A DNA stretch of 64,000 nt from Klebsormidium nitens (Eukaryota > Plantae > Klebsormidiophyceae). Shown here one piece after another: positions 25,685 through 38,400 of the stretch. Below the pieces are notes generated by a model. It did not search any database. It saw only the letters and a list, made by a program, of their open reading frames with translations, and was not told the origin of the DNA. The position numbers were made by a program, and so were the translations under genes. Position 1 is the first letter of the stretch. Every line of letters begins with the position of its first letter. Where the stretch lies: NCBI GenBank assembly GCA_000708835.1, contig DF237375.1, forward strand, positions 1-64,000. Direction: 5' to 3'.

Positions 25685-28600
25685 TCAGAGATGCCCTTTG
25701 GAAAGAGCTGCCGCCACTTTGACTAGGAGTGTAGGTTTCCTCTCGCCCGCTTCAAACGTGCTTTGGCTCACATGTGCGCTTTGCTCAAATAGCCGGTCCC
25801 GTTCATGTCTCAACTGCTCTCGCAGCTCCGCATGGCTCGTCAGCAGCCAGAGCTGGCACTCGAGGTCCTTATCTAGCGACCGGAAACCAAAGTTCGGGCT
25901 CCCAATGGTCGTCAGGCATGGAGCCGACGAGGAGCCTCCCTTAGGCGAGACATTCCCGTTCTGTGAGGCGCTTCCGTTTTGCGACACACTTCCGTGCTGC
26001 AAAACGCTTCCGTTCTGCGACATGTGTCCGGTCCGCGACACGCTTCCGTTCTGCAAAGCGCGTCCGTTTTCTGAGGCACGCCCGTCCTCTGCAGCCAGTG
26101 AAAGCCACAGCCCCTTTGCGTGGAACGTCCACCCCTCCCGGCTGTATTCAAAGATCTCCAGCCCCGCCTGGTGGTCTCCCCCCGCCCTCTCATACAGCCG
26201 CTGCTCCATGAGAGAGTACGCCCCGGGGATCAGCCCCGAGGGCCCTCTACTGCCGTAAAAGCCGTTGGCTGTTGGGGCAGCTGTGACTATTTTCACGCGG
26301 AGCGACTCGTGCAGCGCCTCTAACAGGGCCTCCTCGTACGGCGCCGCAAGATTGAAGTACGCGCTGGCCAGATGCACTAACGAATGACGTGGAAGGCGCC
26401 GGAAGAAGCTCAGAGTCGCGCGTTCGTCTTGCCGGACGCCGAGCGGCCCCATCTGGACGGTCGGCAGAACCCACGTATCCGCAGCCGTCCGATCGAGCAG
26501 AAGACCTCCTGAAGCCGTCCAATCTGACTCCAGGCGTTCTCGTAAGGACTTCTTCGATGGGGAAACGCTATGCTCGCCTGGAGGGGTGAGAGGCTCCTTG
26601 CTGACATCGGCGGCCGTTTTGACGAAGTCCCGAACGGCGTTCCCCGCGGTTTGTTTGAAGCGTTCAGGGTCCGTGATAGGGTCTACGCCGCAAGGGGGGG
26701 GGCCGAGCGTGCCGTCGGGTTCTAGCGGGTAGGAGAAGTGGGAGACGGTGTCAACGAGACCGGTGAGGTAGGACGCGAGGGCGGGGCAGTCCTTTAAAAG
26801 CATGTAGCGGTCCTGAAAAGAACACCAGGGAAGTACGTCAGAACTGCAATTGCATATAGCGGCCCTGAAAGGAAGAACGTTGGTAATACGTGAGAACTGA
26901 TAGCATGTAGCACTGCAGGAGGGGTAACATGTGAGGGTTGACCGAGAATGAGCCAAAGATGTGATATGGGGGCGTTCTTCACTGAGAGCTTTACTTTGCA
27001 AGGTCCCAGTGGAAGTGATTGACTATTCTTCTTTTTCTTTCTCTAGGACGACAGAAATGACAAGATTTGGCAAAAGGATCGCTGTTGTTTATTACCAAGG
27101 TGCTTGGTTCCTTTTCGACGACCCTTCAGCAAAGCGAACTAACTCTGGTTGCCAGAAATGAACAACCTGATTCGCGTACCCTTGTGAGCGAGTAGGAGGG
27201 ACGAAGTCGAAATGACCCCCAACTCTACGGTTCACGATCTAGAAGCAGGAGATTAAGCGAGAGACATCATCGGCATGTTTCAAATGGATCGAGCCGCAAG
27301 CTACCAGTACACACGGTATTTCAAAAGAAAGAGCGGAAGTAAAAAAAGGCGAATCTGTGGAAGGGAGATTCAGGAGAGTCTGCCCTTTGAAAGCATTATG
27401 TTTCGACTCTGAGCGGGAGGCACAACATTCTGCATTTCGAAGGTTGTGTTGACGAAACGAAGATGTCGGATTTGCAAAAAACATGCCCGAACTAGTTCAC
27501 AAAATAAGGTCGAAACATTTCTGGTGATGCTGCAAGCATCCGCGGCATTCAGCTTCTGAAAATCTGCTGTTGAGCTTCTGAAAATGTTCTTGTCTCCGAC
27601 CTTTTGCTTCTTTCAACAGATGTAGAACACTGTTCCAATAACATCGTCGGGAAATGATTGTTGAGATACAAGAATGTCGTGCCCCGACCCTCACCTGTCG
27701 GTCAGTGAAGTAAGATGTGCTCAGGTTTGCCCCGCTCATCAGCGTGGTGTCGTCAAACACGTACGCCTTCAGGTGCATGATCCCAACAGTCTCATTGTAC
27801 CGTGCCGGCAAGAACCGCTTCCAAAAGCCGCTCAACTCGGGTGTGTGATACAGGCTGGCTTTCACCCAGCTCCCTGCTTTGCTCAGGACAGACTTGCAAA
27901 TGAGGTCAGCAGTGGATGTCGGGGTCCCATCTTTGCCCCCGGTCGGCCTCGTGCCTCGAAGCGCATCAAACAGCAACGTGACCTGGAGTTCGGGGTTTGC
28001 GGCGGCTGCTTCCCCAACCGCATCCGCCAGTCGCTGCTCCATCTCATCCGTGCCTAGATACAGAGAAGCCAGCACGATCCTGTAGCGCGCCTTTGTGATC
28101 CCTTCTAGTAGTGCTTCGAAGTATTCGCTGGGGGATGAGAGTACTTTGATATTATCCCCATTGATGGGGAAGGCGGGGGCTTGGCTTGCGAGGTCACCCA
28201 GCAGTGCGTGCATGGCCGGGTCTACTTCTGGTCTGGATGACGAGGTGAATGGTCTGACAGTGTGATTGTTGACTGCTCTTGCACTTGGAGCGAGGACTCG
28301 GAGTTTGCCACCGTTCAGACCACTCGCTTTCCTGGCCCCTTCCTGTGCACCACCGCAAAGTGTTTGCTTGTTTTGCAAGCGCTGATCAGATATGTTCCAA
28401 GAAGGACTCTGTCTTGACAACAATTGCAATGAGGAGCTTCTAATTGGAGAAACAAGGAGCTGCTTTCTGGAGCATGTCCTTGTTGATGGCTTCAAGGGGT
28501 GTCCTCCAGTGCAGAATGAGTCCGCCCTGGTGCCCCTCGCCACAGTCCAGGAGAGCAAGCGCTGTAAGCTTGGTGACTTCACAAGACTTGACAGTGCCAT
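25685..28600 (-). CDS. PGS1: CDP-diacylglycerol--glycerol-3-phosphate 3-phosphatidyltransferase, phospholipase-D-superfamily (mitochondrial) type
   Basis: Exons 28600-27695 and 26812-25685, phase 0. Motifs ASLYLG, DALRGTR, MHLKAYVFDD...SGANLSTSYFTDRQ|DRY and WTFHAKGLW...TIGSPNFGFRSLDKDLECQ. Ser/Arg-rich N-terminal presequence. Confidence 0.92.
25945..26085 (-). repeat. Coding 18-bp repeat (hexapeptide SQNGSV-like, ~7 copies) inside PGS1
   Basis: ASENGRALQNGSVSRTGHMSQNGSVLQHGSVSQNGSASQNGNVSPKGG; cttccgttctgcga recurs on the + strand. Confidence 0.75.
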
Positions 28601-29460
28601 TTGCTCTCAAAATCAAGAGCCATAGACCGTGCTACTCAGAATGCACCCTGAAGCGCCCCGGTGGAGGACCAGGTCCCTCGTTGCACCACCCTCTGGCCTT
28701 TGAAGAAATTCGTGCGAGCCTTTCTTAGCCAGCCTCAGAATGACTACCTATCTACCTATCTTAAAGTATCTATGCCTATGGCGGAAGCTGCCTGCAATTT
28801 GCAAAGCGCAACGGGCCACAACTTAGCCACCTGGCCAGAGCAGACTTTGTCAGAAAGCTCGAGTACAAATCATGTCAAATGGCACTGTTGACATCAGTCC
28901 AGCACTGGCAGCTCCCATACTCTTATACCGATTTCCTTGCTCTTATTAGCTCATATTCAACAGCTGATATAGCTGTAAAGGGCCGCATTCTGAATGCTTT
29001 TTGAAATTCTCAGCACCCGATTCAACTAGATCTCCAGCCATACGTCTTTTAGAACCAGCCTAATAAGCCTATCTCAGGCCAGAGTCCATCTATGTTTTCC
29101 CATCTATGCATTCCCGCGGGGATATATAAGCCTTTTGTTATATGCAAATCTCTCACAAGCGCACCTGTGCACCACCAGCTGCCACCATCTTGAGCAATCG
29201 TTGCAGGCTGCTGTGAAAGTGTTGGCTTGCAATTATGGTGCAATGCCGGCCAATTGTGCTCCCAGGTTGGATGCCGCTTCGTCTTTTCAACTGAATAATC
29301 TTTGCAAGTGAATCTGGCGTGGTGGTCAATGACCGCGACGAATGAAATGCACACATTCTCTGAGTCTGAGCTCAGGAGCTTTGCTTGACGAAAGCGTCCT
29401 ATTGTGAATCTCACTCATAGCAAGCAGGGGTGCCCCTTGGACCAGACCACTTCCATCACA

Positions 29461-32400
29461 ATGATCACAGGAGCTGAAAGCTTGGTTCTGGATCAAGGCT
29501 GGCTTGCTCAGAAGGCTAGCAGCATCAACGTAAGTGGGGAGGCGCTGACAGCAGATACAGGGAGAACAATTGGGGCATGGGTTCCAGCCATTGTTCCTGG
29601 AACGTAAGTTCACAATCCTCCAGAAGCCTGCCATGTGTAATGCCACCATGTCCTTGCTATCCTGAAAGAGGGGATGATATTCTGGGTTGTCCCTGGGCAA
29701 GAGGCAAGTCAGAATGTTAGGGCCTCTACTCAAGACTGCATAGTAATTGCTGCAGCCTCGGAACGAACTTCAGACTACCAATTATATGGAATTCAGCTTC
29801 AAGGTCAGCATTGAAGGCTGGGATCCTGGGGAAAACAGCTTTACATCGTGTCTTATGCCCTTGACCAGGCGACAGTGGTCATCACAAAACAACGGGACAC
29901 AGACGCCAGGCTTGCGTCCGAACTGCTTTCCGCAGAACACACAAGCAGATTGCGCACCACCTTTCATCAAGAGAATTTGTTCCAAACCCAATCAGAGTTA
30001 TGATATAGGCTGCCTTATTTAGTTACCCCTACAAAGCGGCAATATTGTTGAAGTCCCTTGAAGTACAATGAGGACATTGGCTCAAAACCGCTCTTACAGT
30101 TTCTCACTTCTATTTCGACTTCTTTCGAATTTCCAGGGTGTTGACCACTCTTGTACACAACGGCATATTCCCTGAGCCACTTTATGGCCTGAACAACCTG
30201 GAAGTTCCCGACATCTTCCATGCTGGAAGGGAGTTCTACACGTACTGGTTCCGGACAGTCTTCCAATGGCCTTACAACGCCAGACTACTGAAGGTAAGAT
30301 GAGCTTATGGCCTTCTTATGGCCTTTTTTTCTGTCCTCTACTGTTGCCAGATGTTGGATTTATGTGTTTTGAGGCACAGTGGTTTGCAAATCCCGATCTA
30401 GTTCATGCATAGAGTCATCCTTCCTTTTCAGAAGTATAAAGAGGGCCAACTCAGCGCTGGAAGATCCTCTTGCTACTTGATATTCAAAGAACCGTGTTTG
30501 GTCAATAATGCTGGGAACCAAGAGATGGGGCTGGTACAGCGGATGTGGGGTTCAATGTCCATCCTCAGCTCAGCTTGTATTGGAGACTCGAAGTATATAG
30601 AACAAGTTCAACTCTCCTTAAGGCCTGGTATGATCGAGCTGGCAGCTGACTCGATCATGGTGGCATCCAAATGGACTGTATTTGATGTCGTCACGGGCAA
30701 TCCAGTTTTTCTGGTTGCGAGGTCTTCGCTCAGTACAATCTCGCCAGTCTTACTATTCAAACCTCTTTTGCTTAATAAATCAGCCTCCTCACGTATCTCG
30801 TTTCTTTCGACAGGCAGACTCCAGGTTCTGGCTCCACTTCCGAGGGATCAACTACTCTGCGGAAGTCTTCCTGAATGGAAAACAAGTCCCCTTGGAGCAG
30901 CCGAGGGGAATGTTTCTGCGGAGGGCTCTAGATGTGACAGCGCTCGCAGAGAAGCGGAAGGAAAATCGGCTCGTGGTTTTGGTACATCCGCCGGACCACC
31001 CAGGGTGTGTAGATGTACCCGGACAAGGGGCAGATCATCAGGTGAGCTTACCCATACTTTGGACCGATGATTCTCGTACAGTCTCATCATTCGATCTTGT
31101 GCGGCTAGAAAGTGGAAGAAGTTGCGGTGCGTGTTGTGTATGCAAAGTGCCTTCTTGTCCGGATAAAGGAAGGGTTTGATCTAAAGCAAGAGTCAGGGGG
31201 TTCCAGGAGCTGGAAGCTTCGATCACCTTTTATTTCGTCTAGAATTCTTCCATTCGTGACTCCTCTGTGGTGCACCATGGCTACCATCACAAGTGAGCAG
31301 ACTGCTTAACCGTTCAAAAAATCTGTTTTTCTTGTACTCTTTTCTACAATAGCTCATAGACGTTGACGCCAAAGCTTGGAGCTTTCCAGCGGGAAGTTTG
31401 TCAAGTTACGGTAGTCAACAAGGACATTGCTATTTCATTTTCGAGAGCTGTGCCTACATCAGAACCTGCGTCTCAGAATTCAGTACATCAATCGACCATC
31501 GCCAAGGACTCGGCCTAATTGAGCATACTGTGCAGATTGCCCACGACGTCGCTGCGCAATACGTGGAAGGTTGGGACTGGATATGCCCTGTCAGGTAATT
31601 TACATATTCATTTCAAACCTTCCGCAAGAGCATCAATCAACAGATTTTGGGGATCGTGCTCAAGCCTTGACAAGGAGGTTAGGAAGAGAGCCACTTTCAG
31701 CATCTTTGTGTTGGTCTGAAATTCTGGCGTGCTGTCGAATCAAACGTTGACGCGATTTTATCAGTCATGTGCTCTCTCGTACACCGGCATCCTTGCCGCT
31801 CCGGTAATCGAGAGTCTTCCGCTCCTCGACCTCGCAGGGACCGTAACACCGGTATCTGGGATCAGGTGGACGTCGAGATCACAGGGGTGAGCACAGTCCC
31901 AAACTCCTTCCTCCAAATTCCGCCCTCCGATTCCTTGTCAGTTGGCAGCTCGTTCAGCTGATTCAAATCATAACCTTTCGGAAAAGTGGCAACTAGACAC
32001 AGTTGCAGCATCTCATCCCCGAGACTGAGAGAAAGGAAGTGAAAAGCTGTGTCCGAAGCGTTGTTAACCCGTCGCCGGTCGATCTTCCTCCGCTCACTTT
32101 GGCCTTCTGCGCAGCCCGTCGCGATCCGCAACCCGCACGTGGTTACCCGTTTCCACGACAAGGACTGCACACGCGCGGTGCTGTGCGTGTCTGCAGAGCT
32201 CGTGAACAACAGCGATCGTGATTGGAAGGGGACAGTGCACCTTTCGGTAAGAATCGCTTCCGAGACCAGTCCCCCTCCTGAAATGAAGGCAGTTCCCTTG
32301 GAATTTCTGTCACGAGCCGGCACGTTAGATAGACTGTCTGGACCTTCTCGAGAGTTGCCTGGCAAACGCAGCACCCCTGTGGCGTAATTTGATGAAGCGA

Positions 32401-35400
32401 CGACTTTCCGAACCCTGATAATTGTTCGGTTAGCCTCAAAGTAAGGACATAGTTCGTTGTGTCGAGATTGGAAATTTGAGTCTCGCAACACGTGTTAGCC
32501 AAAGGTCTGGCATAGCTTTAAGGCTGCCAGCTGAAACGAGCTTTTTTCGAGCCTCTTTGTCAAAGCTCGTACCAAGACGGTCGAAAGACTTGGGGGGGAT
32601 GCGGACACAGTCGATGCAAGTCAGGGGCACTTTGCCAGCTCGACTACCGTCAATGTTGAAAGCTGCTGGTTGGTGGTTTGAAAGGAACTGACCTACCAAA
32701 TGTTCAGAATGCTAGACCTCGTTGCACAAGCTAAGGCAGCTGGTCTGACATGGAATTTGGCGTGCTTGGCAGGTCACTCGCAAAGAGGGCGGCTTCTGCT
32801 CAGTTGAGCGTCTTCACACCGCCTCCGTCCAAGTGGAAGCCAGCAGTGCGAACGAGCACCTCCTTGCACAGGTGAGCCCAGAAATAGTCTAATCAAAAAG
32901 ATGACCAACCGTTTCTCTTCTTCAGTCCGCTCGTCCGTAAAACTTGCCTCTACATTCTGAGGCGACCTCCTAGGACATTTTCAGTAGCAGCGCCGTCACT
33001 CTGCTTCCTTGAGACAATCCCCGATTATCATGCAGCGTCAACTTTGTGTCAGAAGGCGAAATAGATGCATACTGACTGCTCTCAATACTCGCAGCTGGAC
33101 TTCGACCGCCCCGAGTTATGGTGGCCAAACGGCCTCGGCGCCCCGGCCCTATACGACCTCAGCCTCGATCTCGTACTGGACGGCTACGGCGACTCGGACT
33201 CATCCGAGGTCCGCTTCGGCTTCCGGCACGTGACCAGCTACATCGATCCGAAGCTCCAGGGCCGCCGATTTGAGGTCAACGGACGGCCCGTGTTCATCCG
33301 GGGGGGCAACTGGATCGTGTCCGATGCGATGCTGCGGCTGTCCAAAGAGCGCTACGAAGAGGAGGTGAGATGTCGCCCTCCGTTTTCTCGCTGTCGTTTT
33401 CCTTTTGCTGAGTGATGCGAGCAACACAGGTGGGCTATCCGATATTTGGCAATTTAAGAAGCGGAGAATGCAGAAGGCTGTAGAGGCGTTCGTCATACTG
33501 TGGTTGCAGAATCGAGTTGGCAGTCTCTGGTGGTAGCGAATCCGAGTTGACAATCTCTAGTGCTGTAGAAGGTTTCTTACTCAAGTCAGTCCGTGCATCC
33601 GGGTGGCGCCATGATCTTATCAAACTCCCGAGTTCCGTCTTTTGTTAGTACTAACGTTAACCCGGTTGAGGAACGCCTTCCCGTCTTGAAGCCCTGTTTC
33701 CAATGCTCTTGCCGAACAACACCGCCAACCCTAACCTTCAGCGTGCTTCGGAAGTCAAAATCGAGAACTCCATCAATCAAATGTCGACAATCTCGCAACC
33801 CTTCTTGCCAGATGCGCTTCCATGCGGAGATGGGCTTGAACATGGTGCGCGTCTGGGGGGGCGCTCTCGCCGAGCGACCCGAGTTCTACGCCGCATGCGA
33901 CGAGCACGGCCTGCTGGTGTGGCAGGAGTTCTGGATCACGGGCGACTGCAACGGCCGGTAAGCGCCCACACTTTTGCGGGAATACAACTTTCGGGGCACA
34001 ATACAAGTATGTTATCGGTACTGATTAGTTGCCCAACTGATCGCTCTCTAACTGTATCATGGCACTTGTCAGCACCATGATACAGTTCCCCGCTTTCAGA
34101 ACAAGCACGCACGCTCGTACCCGGCCCTCGACTCGTTCCACTACGGCAGCTTTTTCCCCTTGCAGACACCTCCCTGGTCTTCAGGACACCGGTGCAATCG
34201 GGCATGCCAGTGTGCTACTTTCTTGTGACTATTACACCTTCGGTCAAACCTGGCCGCTTGACCCAAGTCCGATCTCAAATACTTTGCCCGATGCGCCGAA
34301 CTCGGACCCTCGGATAATTAGGACGATACTCATCGAACGGCCCCAAATCTGCGCTTTCGGCCAAGTTCTGCGGTGGGCTCAAAGCAAAGTCAAGTCAGGC
34401 GGGCAGGTTTCACCGAACCTGCAATAGAAGCTACACTTATATGTGAAAGTTTTCGACTTTGAAGTCGCACGTTCCCCTCCCCTGCGCAGGGGCGTCCCTC
34501 CATCGGAGGCCAGCTGGCCCGACGACCACTCGCTGTTCCTGGAGTGCGCGCGCGACACGGTGAAGCTGCTGCGGAACAGCCCCAGCCTGGCGCTCTGGGT
34601 TGGCGGGAACGAGCAGATACCTCCTCCAGACATCAACGAGGTAAAAGACGTCCGTTTTGGTTCGGGGACGAAGGCAGGGGCTTGACTGACGGGGCGAGCT
34701 CACAAAGAAGATGTTGAAGATGCCCTGCTGTCGAGAGTTGGTGTCTTCGCATTCGGGCAACTTTGAACACGCAGCCTCGCTGGACGTTTGCCTGTCAACG
34801 CGCAAGGAAGAGGAGAGACAAGTAACAAGTTTCTGATGTATGGGATGTTGGTCGATCTACCCGTCTCGTTATCTTCAAGGTCGTGCAAGAAACGTTTCGG
34901 TGAGCCATATCGCGCGCTTGATGGCGCTCTCCCAACCATCGCAGCAAACAAAGACATCGGATTAGTATTCTATCGATACCCAACATCGACTCTGCACCTT
35001 GTGCGTCTCCGAAATCGGTTAAGAGAGATGAATGTTTGCAAGCGGATCAGGAACGGTACTGGGCCTCAAAACATCCGGGAGCACAGTTTAGAGCCATTTG
35101 GACAAGCGGCACCGCCTTAAATTCTTGACGCTCTTGTACACCTTTCTTGCTTGTCTTACGCACAGTAAGACATGCAGGTGGTTAAAACAAGGGTACCATC
35201 TTTGCAAATAAGCGGAGATAATGGCGGAAGACTTAGCGGTCCTCCTGAAGTTCGCGAGAACGTTCAACTAAAGTTCAATCCGTCTCTTTCTCGCAGGCCT
35301 TAGAGAAAGAGCTCCGCCTGGATGACGGCTCGGGCCCTGTCGGTTTACTGGACGGCACCCGGCAGTACTTCTGCGGCTCTTTGTGGGAGGGCTTCGCCAA

Positions 35401-38400
35401 GGGCGACGGGGCCTTCCGTGACGGGCCCTACACGATCCAAGTAAGAAAGTGGCAATCTGTGTTGGCAAACCCTGACATTCTGCCAAGGTACCGAGTCAAA
35501 TGATTTTAGGCGCAAGATACGCCTGTTTGCAGATGAGCCACATACGTATGTGTCAAGTCAAGGACGAGCGCACACGCGTGCTAGCACGGAACTAGTATCA
35601 TGGTCGAGTGTCTGAATTGGTCAAGAAATTGGTCACAATGCTAGGTCTAGATCGCTGTGGAACCTACCCTAGATTCCAGATGTTCCTGCAAAGCCTTCGC
35701 TGATTTTGCACAGTCGGCTTAACGACGTGACGTAACGCTTTCGAACATGCTGCCAGGATAAAGTTTCTTGCTTCGAACCCCACCTTTCGAACCTCAGAGA
35801 ATCGACAACGCTCAACAAAACTGCACCGGACCCATTCGAGACCTGTCCCACTTCACGAGTGGAGACTCTCCGCAGACTCAGCAGCGAACGAGTGCCTTGA
35901 CAAGCTTTCCCGCTTAGTGATTGCGTCAGCCCCACCTTCGAGAGTGACGTCAGCGAGCGCTCTGAAATGCGTGCTCGCTCGGGGTCCTCTGCAGGAACCC
36001 AGCCGCTTCTTTGAGGACGACTTCTACCCGTACGCTTTCAACCCGGAGATCGGCAACGTGGGGGTCCCGGTCGCAGGTGAGGGCTGCAATAAACCCCCCC
36101 TTTTTGGTATGTGACGTCTGATAATGCTTGCTTCCATCCCTCAGCTTCGCGGTAAAAACAGAGTACCTAGGGCTTCAGATTTCAACGCAAGTTTGTCGGG
36201 TCGCCAAAGCTGTGTCTACATCCTGACGGTCCCCGTGAGGGGCCGGCTTTTCAGGTCACCTTTTTGACTTCAAGACGTCTCGCTCGCTCTGTGCCAGCGG
36301 ACCGGTTGTTTGTAATCGCACCGTGGCGTCAGGCTGTGATGACGTCCCCGTGACGTCAGCGCTTGCTCCGCATTTGCAGAGACCATCCGTGCCACGATGG
36401 ACGAGGCGCACTGGGCGCCCCCGACGTTCCACACCCTGGACGACGGATCGATCGTCGAGACTCCGAACGAGTGCTGGGACTATCATACGTAAGTCAAGCT
36501 ACTTGTGTGGTGGTGTTTCGAGCTCTGATAAATTCGTAGAAGCATAATGATTCCCTTACTTTGATATACTTTCTTAAGGTTATTATGAGACGAAACATTT
36601 CAATCGTTCCTCGTGTCATCTTCTTGTCTCGCTCCCCTTCCCATCAGGGTCGCAGCTCGAGACGCCTGAATTTTGCCATGTCGGCAAGACTATGTATTTC
36701 TGCTTATGTTGCCTTTTTGTGAGAGATATGTACTGATTGCTGAGCCACTCTGATGCGCTGGTCTCACCATGCGCGGCCGCCGGGTTTTGTTCAGCTGGTC
36801 GGCCTGGGTATCAAACGGAGGCCAGATCCAAGCAGCCCACACCGGCTTCCATTATCCTTACTTTTCTTCCGTTCACGGTCTGCTATATAGTCCGCAGCCG
36901 CTTTGAACCAGAGGAACGATATCAGCCGTTGATAAAGGAGGCTGTGTTCAGAATCAACGGCGCTGCCCTTGCAGGTACATTCCCTACTCGCAGGCGGGCG
37001 TCGTGCGCAACCAGATTGCTCTGTACGGTATCCCCACCACGCTGGACGCTTTCTGTGATCAGGTGAGGCAGCATCATAATCTGTTGACACCTTCCTGATC
37101 CAGCTTGAACGTTGGGAAACGGCTGAAATTATGGTTGAAACATTCCTCCTCTTCAATTGTGTCATTAAGGGGACTCTACAAGAAGCGTTTCCGCTTCCAT
37201 ATCCGTTAAATGCTGCCTTTCGGCCACTATCCAGACATGGATTGGCAAATTCCTGATTCTAGCCTGGGACGACACTTTCCGGGTTCTGCACCCTTCACTT
37301 GTCACCAAAGTGCAGTTTTTTCCATCTGCTCTCCGACCACAAACAGAGCTCGACCGACGGGCTCCAACCATTCTTCGATATAGCACTTTCTTGTCCTTGG
37401 TTTTTGCCGTAGATTACAGGTTGGATCTTTCTCTTTTCTTTCTCGAGCCAGAATTTTTGAAAAGGGGACAGACGCTATCACAGCTCCCTTTTCTTCACGC
37501 TTCCTACAGGCCCAACTGGTCAATCCTGGCAAGAGTGGGCCCCAAATCGTGGCCGAAGCACTACCGGGCCTTGCTGATCACCAATTCTTTATTTCCGGCA
37601 GGCCCAGCTGGTCATGTCGTCCAAAAGAAGGCCCCTTCCCGAAAGTCGGAACGGCCGCGTTTGCCACCGCTGCAGATCTGCTTCGCCCCGAAAGCTCACC
37701 ACCATCGTCGGGCCTTGTAAAATTACAGATCTCTCGTTTCTGTAGGCCCAGCTGATCGAAGTCGTTCAGTACAGAGCCCTCCTCAAACGTCGGAAGGGTC
37801 GCGTTTGCCATCGCTGCAACTCTGCTTCGCCCCAAACTTTCACTTTCAACGTGGGCCTTCTTCCCCTCAAAAGCCTCTCGTTTTCGCAGGCCCAGGTCAA
37901 CTCCAATCAATACAGGGCCCTCTTGAGGTTTGGAACGGTTGCCCATGTCCAATACAGGGCCCTCTTCGGGCTCTAACAACGATTGCATTACGAACCTTAA
38001 TTTTCATAGTGGCCTTGTAAATTACAAACCTTCTCTCTTTTTCCGCAGCCCCGGCTGGTCAACCTAGTCCAGTACAGGGCCCTCTTCGAGGCTTGGAACG
38101 TTTGCCTGTGAACGTCACTTTATAGTGGGCCTTGTAGATCTGAAGATCTCTCTTTTTTGCAGGCCCAGTTGGTCAACTTCGTCCATCACAGAGCCCTTTT
38201 CGAGATTTGGAACGGTTGCCCGTGAACGTTTCTTTCAGAGTGGGCCTTGTAATCCGGAAGATCTCTCTTTTTCGCAGGCCCAGTTGGTCAACTTCGTCCA
38301 GTACAGGGCCCTCCTCGAGGCGTGGAACGCGCGCATGTGGCGCCGCTACAGCGGGCTGCTCATCTGGAAGACGCAGAACCCGTGGCCGGGCCTACGTGGG

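Noticed and set aside
37500-38277. Repeat-spacer-like array considered as CRISPR
   Set aside because: Repeats are degenerate copies of the adjacent exon junction, spacers are related to each other, the context is a spliceosomal intron and no cas genes are present.
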